From NCBI GenBank assembly GCA_041661005.1, contig JBAZVG010000001.1, positions 671,515 to 735,514 of the forward strand: DNA of 64,000 bases, given 5' to 3'. The position numbers and the translations under genes were made by a program. The notes under the pieces were generated by a model. It ran no database searches. It had not been told where the DNA came from and worked only from the letters and a program-made list of their open reading frames with translations. The DNA is from Minisyncoccota bacterium (GTDB lineage Bacteria > Patescibacteriota > Minisyncoccia > Phycocordibacterales > UBA9973). Of the stretch, positions 47,099 to 56,724 are shown in pieces. Within the stretch, counting starts at the first letter, position 1; each line of letters starts with the position of its first letter.

Positions 47099-47716
47099 AT
47101 GAAACAAAATAAAATAGTTATTTATACAGATGGGGCGGCAAAGGGGAATCCAGGAAGGGCAGGTTGGGGCGCGGTTTTTATAATTTACGGAGGTCAGAAT
47201 ACTCACGAGCGAGCCCTTGGTAGGAGTGGCGACGACGGACAGAGAAAATTTTCAGCAGAAAATTTTCGTGGTGAGTCCGTGGGTATTCTGACCGAAGTAA
47301 TTGAAATTGGCGGAGGAGTAGAACATGCGACAAATAATCAGATGGAATTAACTGCTCCGATAGAGGCGCTGAAATATTTTAAGCAAATAATAAATACACA
47401 GGCAACGCCTGTGTATGATATCGAAATTATTTCTGATTCTAAGTATGTGATCTTGGGAATTACGGAGTGGATTTTTAATTGGCAGAAAAATAATTGGCGC
47501 AATGCTGCCAAAAAGCCAGTTGTAAATCGTGAACTCTGGGAGGAACTTTATGAACTTACCCAAGAATTGAAACCCAAATGGACATATGTCAAAGGACACA
47601 ATGAGGATAAATACAACGACCGTGCGGATCTTATAGCTACAAGTTTTGCGGAAGGCGAGCCGGTGGAGCTTAATCCCGGTAGTAGAGCAAAGCTCACTAC
47701 GGGACAAGGAAAATAA
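47099..47716 (+). CDS. rnhA: Ribonuclease HI
   Basis: YTDGAAKGNPG, TNNQMEL, DSKYV, VKGH, NDRAD. Confidence 0.96.
   Translation: MKQNKIVIYTDGAAKGNPGRAGWGAVFIIYGGQNTHERALGRSGDDGQRKFSAENFRGESVGILTEVIEIGGGVEHATNNQMELTAPIEALKYFKQIINTQATPVYDIEIISDSKYVILGITEWIFNWQKNNWRNAAKKPVVNRELWEELYELTQELKPKWTYVKGHNEDKYNDRADLIATSFAEGEPVELNPGSRAKLTTGQGK
47192..47293 (+). repeat. Long palindromic element, family B, in frame in rnhA
   Basis: Arms GGTCAGAATACTCACG / CGTGGGTATTCTGACC; core shared with uvrC (LGRSGDDGQRKF..NFRGES). Confidence 0.95.
47674..47708 (-). repeat. CTTG-TCCCG hairpin element forming the rnhA C-terminus
   Basis: TCCCG-GTAGT-AGAGCAAAGCTC-ACTA-CGGGA-CAAG; homologous to 62708-62741. Confidence 0.8.
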
Positions 47717-47734
47717 AATACTTTTTATTATTCT

Positions 47735-49216
47735 ATGCGAGATAGAATTTTTTATGCAATATGTTTTGGTTTTATTTTTGGAGTATTTTTACGCTCTTTT
47801 TTCTTCATAAATTTTTATTTCGTACTGTTTCTTGCTTTCTTGGCAAGTGTCTTAATTATCTACTTTAGTTTAGTAAAGTTTGAATGGGGAATAATCGCCG
47901 GAATTTTTCTGTTAGTGTTTTCACTTGGAATTTTTAGATTTCAGGTGGTTGATGTTTTAGCACCTAATATTTTTGAGTCTCAAGTTGATAAAAAAATTTC
48001 TTTATCGGGAATTGTTGTAGATGAGCCGGATATTAGGGAAAATAATCAAAAATTAACTATTGAAACGAAATCGGACGCTCTGAAAACGAAAATTTTAGTT
48101 ACTGTGAATTTTGGTCAGGATTTTAAATATGGAGATGAGATAAAATTTTCTGGAAAATTAGAGAAACCGGAGAATTTTACGACTGATCAGGGTAAAAACT
48201 TTGACTACATAAATTATTTGCGAAAAGATGGCATTCATTACGTAATGAATTACGTAACTGCTGAAATTATTTTACGAGGGAATGGTAATTTTATCAAAAA
48301 TACCCTGTTTTCTATTAAAGAAAAGTTTTTAGAAAAAATGAATTTGGCGATACATGGTTCCGAATCGCTCTTGATGGGTGGGCTTATTTTAGGGGAGAAG
48401 GCTTCTTTTAGCCAAGAATTAAGAAAGAATTTTATTGATACAGGCACGATACACATAGTGGCTCTCTCTGGCTACAACATTACTATAATTGCCGAATGGA
48501 TTATGAAGTTATTTGCTTTTTTACCTAAAAATCTTGGCATAGGGGTGGGTATTTTCGCAATTTTACTTTTTATATTAATGACTGGCGGAAGTTCTACAGC
48601 AATACGAGCAGGGATAATGGCTACACTTGCGCTTATTGCCCGCGCGACAGGTAGGAATTACGATGTCGCGCGGGCGCTCCTTCTCGCTGGTGTGGGAATG
48701 ATTTTATTAAATCCATTTGTATTGGCGTATGATGTTTCTTTTCAGCTTTCTTTTATCGCCACAGTTGCTGTTATTTTCTTGGCGCCGAAGATTGAGAAAT
48801 ATTTTTTATGGGTGCCGGATATTTTTAAATTGCGGGACATTGTATCCGTTACTTGCGCCGCGTATATCTTCGTTTTACCATTCATCCTCTACAAAATGGG
48901 AAATTTATCTCTGGTTGCCTTACCGGCGAATGTTTTAATTTTACCTTTTATTTCTTTTACCATGGCGCTCGGTTTTCTGACTGGCTTTGTTGGACTTATT
49001 TCACACATGCTGGCAGTGCCGTTTGGGTTTATTTCATATTTATTCTTGCATTATGAACTTGGTGTGATTGATTTTTTCTCTAGTCTTCCATTTGCTTCTT
49101 TTTCTATTCCAAATTTTCCTCTCATTTTGACAATCTTAATTTATATCTATTTTATTTATAGACTTTTTGGCAGAAACATAAAAAGTTTTTTTATTGAATT
49201 TAAAAATCAAGAGTAA
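47735..49216 (+). CDS. comEC: ComEC/Rec2 competence protein (OB and membrane domains)
   Basis: HIVALSGYN, RAGIM, SFQLSF. Confidence 0.93.
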   Translation: MRDRIFYAICFGFIFGVFLRSFFFINFYFVLFLAFLASVLIIYFSLVKFEWGIIAGIFLLVFSLGIFRFQVVDVLAPNIFESQVDKKISLSGIVVDEPDIRENNQKLTIETKSDALKTKILVTVNFGQDFKYGDEIKFSGKLEKPENFTTDQGKNFDYINYLRKDGIHYVMNYVTAEIILRGNGNFIKNTLFSIKEKFLEKMNLAIHGSESLLMGGLILGEKASFSQELRKNFIDTGTIHIVALSGYNITIIAEWIMKLFAFLPKNLGIGVGIFAILLFILMTGGSSTAIRAGIMATLALIARATGRNYDVARALLLAGVGMILLNPFVLAYDVSFQLSFIATVAVIFLAPKIEKYFLWVPDIFKLRDIVSVTCAAYIFVLPFILYKMGNLSLVALPANVLILPFISFTMALGFLTGFVGLISHMLAVPFGFISYLFLHYELGVIDFFSSLPFASFSIPNFPLILTILIYIYFIYRLFGRNIKSFFIEFKNQE

Positions 49217-49313
49217 TGTTTTTAAGGGGTTTTGAGCGCGACGGCGCGAAAATTTCAGGATTTTTTAAGCTTCAAAAAATCCGTACCGGCAAAAATATTA
49301 CTCTTGATTTTTA
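49201..49313 (-). repeat. Long palindromic element, family C (copy 3)
   Basis: 23-bp arms (22/23) TAAAAATCAAGAGTAATGTTTTT; contains the reverse complement of GGTACGGATTTTTTGAAGCTTAAAAAATCCTGAAATT. Confidence 0.92.
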
Positions 49314-49910
49314 TTTTGCTTCAATAAAATTCTTTTCAATTACCTCCCAATTTAAGTTTTCAAAAAATGCCTCTACATATTTTTTCTTTTCTGAAGTAGG
49401 GTAGTCGTAAACGAAAGCATGTTCCCACATATCCAGCGCAAGAATTATCTTACAAGTGGCAAGTTGTCCCAAATGCTGTTCGTCTACCCATGCATTTAAA
49501 AGACGTTTGGTTTGAGGATCATAGTAGAGCATAGCCCAGCCTATGCCACGGGTAAGAGCTGTAGATTTAAAACGATTAAGCCACACGTCAAAAGAATTCC
49601 ATTCGGCAACGATAGCTTGTTTTAATTTACTATCATCCGCGAGAGTGTGAGCTCCACCAGAAAGAGATTCAAAATAAATCTCATGATTTCGCATGCCATT
49701 GTATTCAAATCCGAATCTGCGCTGGATTTCGCTTACGACGTAGGGCGCAAAAGCATCCTCTTTCGCATAACCCTCGTATTCAGGAATTTTTTCCAGAATA
49801 AGATTCGTATTTTTCACATAACCCGCATAGAGCTTTAGATGCTCTTCAATGTTTTTAGCTGATATTCCTTTCAATGTTCCGATATTAAATTTTATTTCTT
49901 CAAATTTCAT
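49311..49910 (-). CDS. Fe/Mn superoxide dismutase family protein
   Basis: H..LY.GYV, NHEIYF, G.GW, DMWEHAF. Confidence 0.92.
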   Translation of the reverse strand: MKFEEIKFNIGTLKGISAKNIEEHLKLYAGYVKNTNLILEKIPEYEGYAKEDAFAPYVVSEIQRRFGFEYNGMRNHEIYFESLSGGAHTLADDSKLKQAIVAEWNSFDVWLNRFKSTALTRGIGWAMLYYDPQTKRLLNAWVDEQHLGQLATCKIILALDMWEHAFVYDYPTSEKKKYVEAFFENLNWEVIEKNFIEAK

Positions 49911-49928
49911 ATGTGCTAGTATTGTATC

Positions 49929-50822
49929 ATGTTTGAACAGAGGAAAACATATGCCAAGAGATATGGTTTGTTTATCTTCACCTTTTTTCTTTTAATTGCC
50001 ACTATCTTTCTTTTTTACCAAGATTTTAAAAATTCTCACAAAGGTCTGACATTTGCGATGCTGGATGTCGGTCAAGGTGATGCGCTTTTTATCGAGTCGC
50101 CGACTGGCGCACAGATACTGGTGGATGGAGGACCGCCGAGGAAAATACTAAGTCAGCTTTCGAGAGTTATGTCCCCGTTTGATACGCATCTAGATGCGAT
50201 TTTAATTACTAATCCAGACCAAGATCATATCGGAGGATTTTTGGATGTCTTGAAAGTTTATAAAGTAGATAAAGTTTTTGAGCCTGGGACAATCAATGAT
50301 TCCAAAATTTATCAAAATCTTGAGGCCGATATATACGATAAGATAAAAAATAAAAAAATTCAGAAAATTTTAGCAAAAAAGGGTATGCGGTTAGATATTG
50401 GTGGCGGAGCGATGATTGATATTTTATTTCCCGATAGAGATGTTTCATTTTGGAATACTAACGATGGATCAGTCGTGGCGAGGCTCTCTTATGGCAAGAC
50501 GTCTATCATGTTAACAGGGGATGCTACCTCTGAAACAGAAAAAATAATTCTAAAAGAAAATTCCAAAGCAAGGTTTCAGAGCGATATTTTAAAAGTAGGG
50601 CATCATGGTTCGCGGACTTCGACTAGTGCCTCATTCGTGCAAGCTGTAGCTCCGGCTTATGCTCTCATATCAGATGGTAAAGATAATAAATATGGTCATC
50701 CGCATCAAGACACATTGGCAACTTTGACTAAATTTGGCGTCAAGGTTTTCAGAACCGACTTACTTGGAACTATAATAATGAAATCTGATGGAGAAAATGA
50801 AGTTTTTAGTTTTCAGAGATAG
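49929..50822 (+). CDS. ComEC-type metallo-beta-lactamase-fold protein
   Basis: LDVGQGDA, TNPDQDHIGG, KVGHHGS, YGHPH. Confidence 0.92.
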   Translation: MFEQRKTYAKRYGLFIFTFFLLIATIFLFYQDFKNSHKGLTFAMLDVGQGDALFIESPTGAQILVDGGPPRKILSQLSRVMSPFDTHLDAILITNPDQDHIGGFLDVLKVYKVDKVFEPGTINDSKIYQNLEADIYDKIKNKKIQKILAKKGMRLDIGGGAMIDILFPDRDVSFWNTNDGSVVARLSYGKTSIMLTGDATSETEKIILKENSKARFQSDILKVGHHGSRTSTSASFVQAVAPAYALISDGKDNKYGHPHQDTLATLTKFGVKVFRTDLLGTIIMKSDGENEVFSFQR

Positions 50823-50859
50823 TTGTTTTAAACAAGAAAAGATGTGATATTATGTAGGT

Positions 50860-51726
50860 ATGAATTTAGAAAGCACTTCTCCAAATATCAACAAAACAGA
50901 AAAAGTAAGAAATAAAATCAAGGCTGAATTGAAGGGTTTTGGTGTTCCTGAAATTCCAGAAATCGTGGATCACCTTGTTGTTCTTGAAGAAAATTCTCGA
51001 TTTAATGATGATTCTAGAATGATTCTTGAAGGTATAGGAAATGTTCTAGATTTGATAGATTCATTCAAGCTTACAACAATACAAAGGAAGAGACTTTTTC
51101 TGGCTACTTATTTAGGTGATATTGGTAAGACTTCTTCCTCTAAAGATACTGAATGTCAACTGGCGGTAGCAAGATTGTTTTCAAAAGAAAATCTAGATTC
51201 CAATCAGAAAGTTACTAGAGTCCTTCAACTTTATTTTCCAGCCGAAGAAGTGGATCCTGTGATTTTAAATTTATTTAAAGTTGGAATAGGTCCTGATACC
51301 TTGATGCCAGAGTTTTGGAGAAAGCATGCATTTTGGACACAAGAAATACTCGATAGGCATCAGGATGTTTTCGATAAATCTACCAGGACAATAGCCGCAA
51401 GTCACCACATAAATAGTGGTATTGACCCCTACAAAATTAGAGTTGAGGGTAAAGTAAAAGGTACATGGGAATGGGAAGTTTCAAATGAAGAAAAATTTTC
51501 CATTCTTCTATTTATGGCTATGGATAAATATCAGGCTTTTATTGTAAGGAGTAAAAAAAGTCACAAGGAAGCAATTAAACTTTTAAAAGATGAGTTGAAA
51601 CCATTTGATGGTGATGATCTTAAAGATATGATTGTTAGGGCTATTGAACAGTTAGGTGGTACCGATAGTGTGTTTCCTGAAGGTTTAAAGGATTTAAAAG
51701 CAAAAAAAGATGGTATTATTAAATAA
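50860..51726 (+). CDS. Hypothetical protein, degenerate HD-domain-like
   Basis: YLGDIGK (HD replaced by GD), H, SHH and MDKY spacing. Confidence 0.6.
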   Translation: MNLESTSPNINKTEKVRNKIKAELKGFGVPEIPEIVDHLVVLEENSRFNDDSRMILEGIGNVLDLIDSFKLTTIQRKRLFLATYLGDIGKTSSSKDTECQLAVARLFSKENLDSNQKVTRVLQLYFPAEEVDPVILNLFKVGIGPDTLMPEFWRKHAFWTQEILDRHQDVFDKSTRTIAASHHINSGIDPYKIRVEGKVKGTWEWEVSNEEKFSILLFMAMDKYQAFIVRSKKSHKEAIKLLKDELKPFDGDDLKDMIVRAIEQLGGTDSVFPEGLKDLKAKKDGIIK

Positions 51727-51741
51727 TAAACTTATAAAGAA

Positions 51742-52986
51742 ATGCGAGACAAACTAGTAGAAAAATTTATAAAAGGGGAGGAGAAAAGACAAAGAGAGGG
51801 ATTGGAGCTTATTCCATCCGAGAATTACGTTTCTGAAGATGTTTTAAAAGCGAACGGCTCGGTTTTTACCAACAAATATTCTGAAGGTTATCCGGGACGC
51901 AGGTATTATGGAGGGCAGGAGTTTACTGACCAGGTGGAGCGTCTGGCTATTGAACGCGCGTGTAAATTGTTTAAATGCAAATTCGCCAATGTGCAACCGC
52001 ATTCAGGGGCTCCGGCAAACTTGGCTGTATACGCAGCGCTTCTCGAGCCAGGAGACACAGTCATGGGTATGGATCTCTCACATGGAGGGCACCTCACTCA
52101 TGGACATCCGATGACTCTCCCTGCCAAGATTTACAAATTCGTGACTTATAAAATGAAAGATCCAGAAACGGGAGAAATCGACTATGAAGACATGAGGAGA
52201 GTGGCTATTGCCAATAAGCCCAAGCTGATCATTGCCGGATTTTCTGCTTACCCACGCACATTGGACTATAAAAAATTTGTGGAAATCGCTCATGAGGTGG
52301 GAGCTATTACTATGGCAGACATGGCGCACATTGCCGGACTCATTGCGGCTGGAGTCCTTCGCAATCCGTTCGATGATGGTTTTGACATTATCACTTCCAC
52401 GACACACAAGACCCTCCGTGGCCCAAGAGGAGGTATAATTCTCACACGAGAAAATGAAGAAATAGCAAAGAAAATTGATAAAGCAATTTTCCCGGGAATT
52501 CAAGGTGGTCCGCATATGCATATTGTCGCTGCAAAAGCTGTTGCTTTTGGAGAAGCGATGACGCCAAAGTATAAAAAATACGCCGTACAGATTTTGAAAA
52601 ATTCCAAAGCCATGGCAGAAATTTTTCGTAAAAATAAAATCAGGATGATCGGTGGTGGCACTGACAATCATTTGATTCTGGCTGACGTTTTTGGTTCTTT
52701 GGGTGTGACAGGCAAGGAAGCTCAGACAGTGCTAGACGAGGTGGGCATAACGCTCAACATGAATGCAATTGCGGGGGATACTAGAAAGCCACTTGACCCG
52801 TCAGGCATCAGATTTGGCACACCGGCGATAACGACACGAGGTTTCAAAGAGAAAGAATGCAAGCATGTTGCTGAACTCATGATTGAGGTATTGAAAAATA
52901 AAGATGATAAAAAATTAAAAGAAAAAGTACACAAAGAAATCAAAGCGCTTGCCAAAAAATTTCCGATACCAAAAAAGTTTGTATAA
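51742..52986 (+). CDS. glyA: Serine hydroxymethyltransferase
   Basis: LIPSENY, EGYPGRRYYGG, TTHKTLRGPRGG. Confidence 0.98.
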   Translation: MRDKLVEKFIKGEEKRQREGLELIPSENYVSEDVLKANGSVFTNKYSEGYPGRRYYGGQEFTDQVERLAIERACKLFKCKFANVQPHSGAPANLAVYAALLEPGDTVMGMDLSHGGHLTHGHPMTLPAKIYKFVTYKMKDPETGEIDYEDMRRVAIANKPKLIIAGFSAYPRTLDYKKFVEIAHEVGAITMADMAHIAGLIAAGVLRNPFDDGFDIITSTTHKTLRGPRGGIILTRENEEIAKKIDKAIFPGIQGGPHMHIVAAKAVAFGEAMTPKYKKYAVQILKNSKAMAEIFRKNKIRMIGGGTDNHLILADVFGSLGVTGKEAQTVLDEVGITLNMNAIAGDTRKPLDPSGIRFGTPAITTRGFKEKECKHVAELMIEVLKNKDDKKLKEKVHKEIKALAKKFPIPKKFV

Positions 52987-53010
52987 AAATTAATTAAACA
53001 AATAAAATTG

Positions 53011-53751
53011 ATGCTAAAAGGTAAAAATATTTTAATAACGGGTTCATCGTCAGGTATCGGCGCCGCGACAGCTAGGTTGGCAAAGAAATACGGCGCGAAT
53101 GTTATTCTGCACGGAAAGGAAAAATCTTCCAAACTCGACGCGCTGAAGAAAGAGCTCAACGCGGAAGAAATTATCTGCGATATCCGAGATAAAAAGGAGG
53201 TTTTGCGCGAAGTCAATAAATTGCTTGATAAGAAAATACATATAAATTGTTTGGCAAACGTTGCCGGGATCGTAAAAAATCGCGGACCGTTTCTGGAAGC
53301 AACAGATGAAGAGTGGCTTTCTACGTATGAGATAAATGTTTTGGGTATTGTGCACATGTGTCAAGCGGTCATACCAAACATGCAATCCCAAAAATACGGG
53401 CGTATAGTGAACGTCAGCTCAGTCAGGGCGTATCCGCAGGGGACTCTCTCCACTCGCGCGTCTTATTCTTGTTCCAAGGCCGCGGTTCTAAATTTGACGG
53501 TTGCCCTCGCAAAAGAATATGCCAAAGATGGCATCAGCGTGAATTCAATTTCTCCCGGCGGAGTGAATACTGAGATTGTGAAGGAATGGGATGCGGATAC
53601 TTTGAAAAGAAATTCCGATGTTCTACTCGGACGCATAGCAGAACCAAATGAAATTGCCGAGGCGATTTGTTTTTTCCTGAGTGATAGGGCGAGTTATGCC
53701 ACTGGACAAGATTTTGTCTTTGACGGTGGCTATTTAGTTTCGGGAAAATAA
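53011..53751 (+). CDS. Short-chain dehydrogenase/reductase
   Basis: TGSSSGIG, NVAG, YSCSK. Confidence 0.93.
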   Translation: MLKGKNILITGSSSGIGAATARLAKKYGANVILHGKEKSSKLDALKKELNAEEIICDIRDKKEVLREVNKLLDKKIHINCLANVAGIVKNRGPFLEATDEEWLSTYEINVLGIVHMCQAVIPNMQSQKYGRIVNVSSVRAYPQGTLSTRASYSCSKAAVLNLTVALAKEYAKDGISVNSISPGGVNTEIVKEWDADTLKRNSDVLLGRIAEPNEIAEAICFFLSDRASYATGQDFVFDGGYLVSGK

Positions 53752-53792
53752 AGTTGGTTACTTTAGTTAACTAAAGTGGATTGAAATTAATT

Positions 53793-54203
53793 ATGAAAAT
53801 ATATTTTGCTGGGTCAATACGAGGAGGCAGAGAGAATAAAGAAATTTATTCTGAAATTATTGATACGCTTAAAAAATACGGGGAGGTTTTGACTGAACAT
53901 ATCGGTGACCAATCCTTGACTCATCTTGGGGAGGTAAATGTTCCAGATGGACACGTTTATAAGCGTGATATGGATTGGTTGAAAAGCTCTGATGTGCTAG
54001 TGGCTGATGTGAGCACACCTAGTCTGGGTGTAGGATACGAAATCGCTTCGGCTGAAATTTTAGGTAAGAAGATATTGTGTCTATATAGACAGGGGAGTGA
54101 AAAAAAACTTTCGGGAATGATAAACGGTAACAAAAATTTAACGATTAGAACTTACAATACGGTAAAAGATTTACCAGAAATTTTCAAGAATTTTTTTGTA
54201 TGA
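53793..54203 (+). CDS. Nucleoside 2-deoxyribosyltransferase / Rcl(DNPH1)-like protein
   Basis: IYFAGSIRGG, VLTEH, RD..WL, SLGVGYE. Confidence 0.9.
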   Translation: MKIYFAGSIRGGRENKEIYSEIIDTLKKYGEVLTEHIGDQSLTHLGEVNVPDGHVYKRDMDWLKSSDVLVADVSTPSLGVGYEIASAEILGKKILCLYRQGSEKKLSGMINGNKNLTIRTYNTVKDLPEIFKNFFV

Positions 54204-54892
54204 ACAGGAAAGGAAAATTAATCGTAATAGACGGCACGGACGGGAGCGGGAAGACTACTCAGGCGAATCTGCTCATGAAGCATCTAAAAAAAGATGGGTA
54301 TAAAGTGAAATTTATCCATTTTCCACGCTACGAAGATAATTTTTTTGGGAAGTTTATTGCGCACTGTCTTTCTGAACAATATTACAACTGGGTCAATATT
54401 CACCCAAAGATTGCCTCTATTGTCTATGCGGCCGATAGATGGGAATCAAAAGAAAAAATACAAAATTGGATACAGCAAGGATATATTGTGGTTATGGATC
54501 GATATATTTCTTCAAATCAGATACATCAAGGCGGTAAAATTTCAAATATCAAAAAGCGTGAAGCGTTCTTGATGTGGCTAGCGGAAATGGAGTATAAAGT
54601 TTTCAAAATTCCGGCACCGGATCTGACAGTTTATTTATCTTTGCCCGTAGAAATGGTTTTAAAATTAATAAAAGTACGTGACTACAAAGGCGCTCGCGCA
54701 TATTTGGGTAGCAAGAAAGATGTTCACGAGAAGGATAAGAACTTTTTGAAAAATTCTATCAAGAGTGCACTTTGGCTCGCGAAGACGCAGAAAAATTGGA
54801 TGAAGATTGAATGTATGGAAAATGGAAAACTTTTAAGTTTTCCTGCTATTCACGACGAAATTTATAAAAAAATAAAAAAAATTATTAAATAG
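54200..54892 (+). CDS. tmk: Thymidylate kinase
   Basis: IDGTDGSGKTTQ, FPRY, DRY. Confidence 0.9.
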   Translation: MNRKGKLIVIDGTDGSGKTTQANLLMKHLKKDGYKVKFIHFPRYEDNFFGKFIAHCLSEQYYNWVNIHPKIASIVYAADRWESKEKIQNWIQQGYIVVMDRYISSNQIHQGGKISNIKKREAFLMWLAEMEYKVFKIPAPDLTVYLSLPVEMVLKLIKVRDYKGARAYLGSKKDVHEKDKNFLKNSIKSALWLAKTQKNWMKIECMENGKLLSFPAIHDEIYKKIKKIIK

Positions 54893-54944
54893 TTTATGCA
54901 CAGTTAGGCTTAAAGTAAACTTTCCGTGTGGTATAATATTTGTC

Positions 54945-56699
54945 ATGATTACTCCAGAACTTGTTTCCTTCCTTAAGCTTTCCAAAGAAAAAGGAGTTCC
55001 ATTTGAAACAACTAAGAACAATTTGCTTGGCGCTGGCTGGAATGAATCGGATATCAACCAAGCTCTCGCTACTATAGATGTTCCCGCTTCTGTTGCTCCC
55101 ATCTCTCCAATTTCAAATACTTCTCCTGTTGTTGCAGGAAATATTTCCAATTCTGGTTCTCTGCATTCAGGAATTATCGTAACCACCCATAAGAAGAATA
55201 AGTTTTTTCTGTCTCTAGTTATTTTTATTTTAGTGCTCTTATTGGGAGCGGGCGTTGTTTATTCCTACATACAGAAACTTGGTCCATTTGCAAAATTTGC
55301 AAATTTATATAGTGAAACCAACCTCTTGTCTGGCTTGCTAGACAAATCTTCACAAATTCGCACTTCTTCTTATGCCGTCTCAGCTTCTCTTGCCGTAGGG
55401 CCACGAGATTCTGATGCTCGACCTTTTACTCTCGCGCCTATTGCCATCTCTCCAGAGTCACCCAAGCCACTTTTTGCGACTTTGGGTGAGCAAGCTAAAT
55501 ATCTTCCAGAAGAATTCGGAGTCGATCTTACTTTCAGCGCAAAAACTGATTGGGAAACTGTTGATCTAGCTGATTGGGCTGTCAATTTAGATGCCAATGG
55601 AGATTTTGGGGATCTTGTTTATAAAGTGAATGTCGATGCTTTAAAGAAAGGCGAGGATTTTTATATAAAAATAAACAACATTCCCAGCATTCTCTTAAGC
55701 AGTTTTTCTAATCTTAAAGGTGAATGGATAAAAATAAGTCCAAAGAAAAAAGACGACAAATCTACTGGTAGCTATCAAAGCTATGATCCGTTTTCTTCTA
55801 TAACTGATTCATTTACAAGGAGCGAGAGTTCTTATAAAGAAAATCGAGCGAAATTTATGGAGTTACTTAAAAAAGCGGCTCAATTTGCCGATGAAGAAAA
55901 ATTAATTGGGTTTAAAAATAAACCAAAAAAAGAAACCATCAATGAGCGAGAGTTATATCGCTATGATTTAAAAATAAACCGAGACTCCATCGTTCCTTTT
56001 TATCAAAAATTAAGAACTGAAGCTGAACAGGTTCAAGAAGTTGGGGAAATTTTTGATGATAGTGGTTTGTTAGCATATCTCCAGACTAAAGAATTCAATG
56101 ATGTTTTTGACTACTATCAAGCTAACACCTTTCTCTCTATTTGGGTGGATGATAAAGGATTTCCAGCAATTATAAAATACACATTCCGTTTGGTTCCTCC
56201 GGACAGCGCCGAACAATTGAAAGACAAACAAGCTAATTTAGAATTCTCATTGAGTTTTTCAGATATAAACAAACCAGTAAATATTGAAATTCCAGTTGGA
56301 GCAAAAAACATAGAAGACATGCCGGCCTTCAAGACAGCCAGAAATAAAGGGACAAATGCCTCAATTAAAGCAAATTTATCAAATATGCGATCAGTGGCGG
56401 AAATTTATTATGATAAAAACAATTCTTATGGAGCTACAGTAAATAATAATTGCAATTCTGCTTCGAACACTTTATTTAGTGATAAAATTATGGCTGACAT
56501 TATAATAAACGTAAAAAAATCTATGGAAGAAGGCGGGGTAGAGCCTGTATCAGTTAGTTGTTACAGTAACAGAACCGCATGGGCGATCTCAGCTAAACTT
56601 ATAGATACTGAACAAGATAGTGGTTATTGGTGCGTGGATAGTAAAGGTTCTTACAAACTTGTCACAAAACCAATTTCTTCCGCTGTTTGTCCAAAATAA
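54945..56699 (+). CDS. Single-TM protein with a C-terminal pilin-like domain
   Basis: N-terminal LL.AGW..DI helix, TM, then ARNKG..ASIKANLSNMR..AEIYYD..SY, YWCVDS. Confidence 0.75.
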   Translation: MITPELVSFLKLSKEKGVPFETTKNNLLGAGWNESDINQALATIDVPASVAPISPISNTSPVVAGNISNSGSLHSGIIVTTHKKNKFFLSLVIFILVLLLGAGVVYSYIQKLGPFAKFANLYSETNLLSGLLDKSSQIRTSSYAVSASLAVGPRDSDARPFTLAPIAISPESPKPLFATLGEQAKYLPEEFGVDLTFSAKTDWETVDLADWAVNLDANGDFGDLVYKVNVDALKKGEDFYIKINNIPSILLSSFSNLKGEWIKISPKKKDDKSTGSYQSYDPFSSITDSFTRSESSYKENRAKFMELLKKAAQFADEEKLIGFKNKPKKETINERELYRYDLKINRDSIVPFYQKLRTEAEQVQEVGEIFDDSGLLAYLQTKEFNDVFDYYQANTFLSIWVDDKGFPAIIKYTFRLVPPDSAEQLKDKQANLEFSLSFSDINKPVNIEIPVGAKNIEDMPAFKTARNKGTNASIKANLSNMRSVAEIYYDKNNSYGATVNNNCNSASNTLFSDKIMADIIINVKKSMEEGGVEPVSVSCYSNRTAWAISAKLIDTEQDSGYWCVDSKGSYKLVTKPISSAVCPK

Positions 56700-56724
56700 A
56701 AAATAATTTTCTTATTTATTAATT

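Noticed and set aside
3418-47293. Inteins or self-splicing introns as the explanation for the inserts
   Set aside because: Far too short, with no intein Cys/Ser..His-Asn ends or group I/II core; RNA-level removal is not formally excluded.
49216-49404. 62-aa ORF resembling the extended HIT N-terminus
   Set aside because: It is a translation of the family C element plus antisense SOD sequence; the similarity comes from the repeat.
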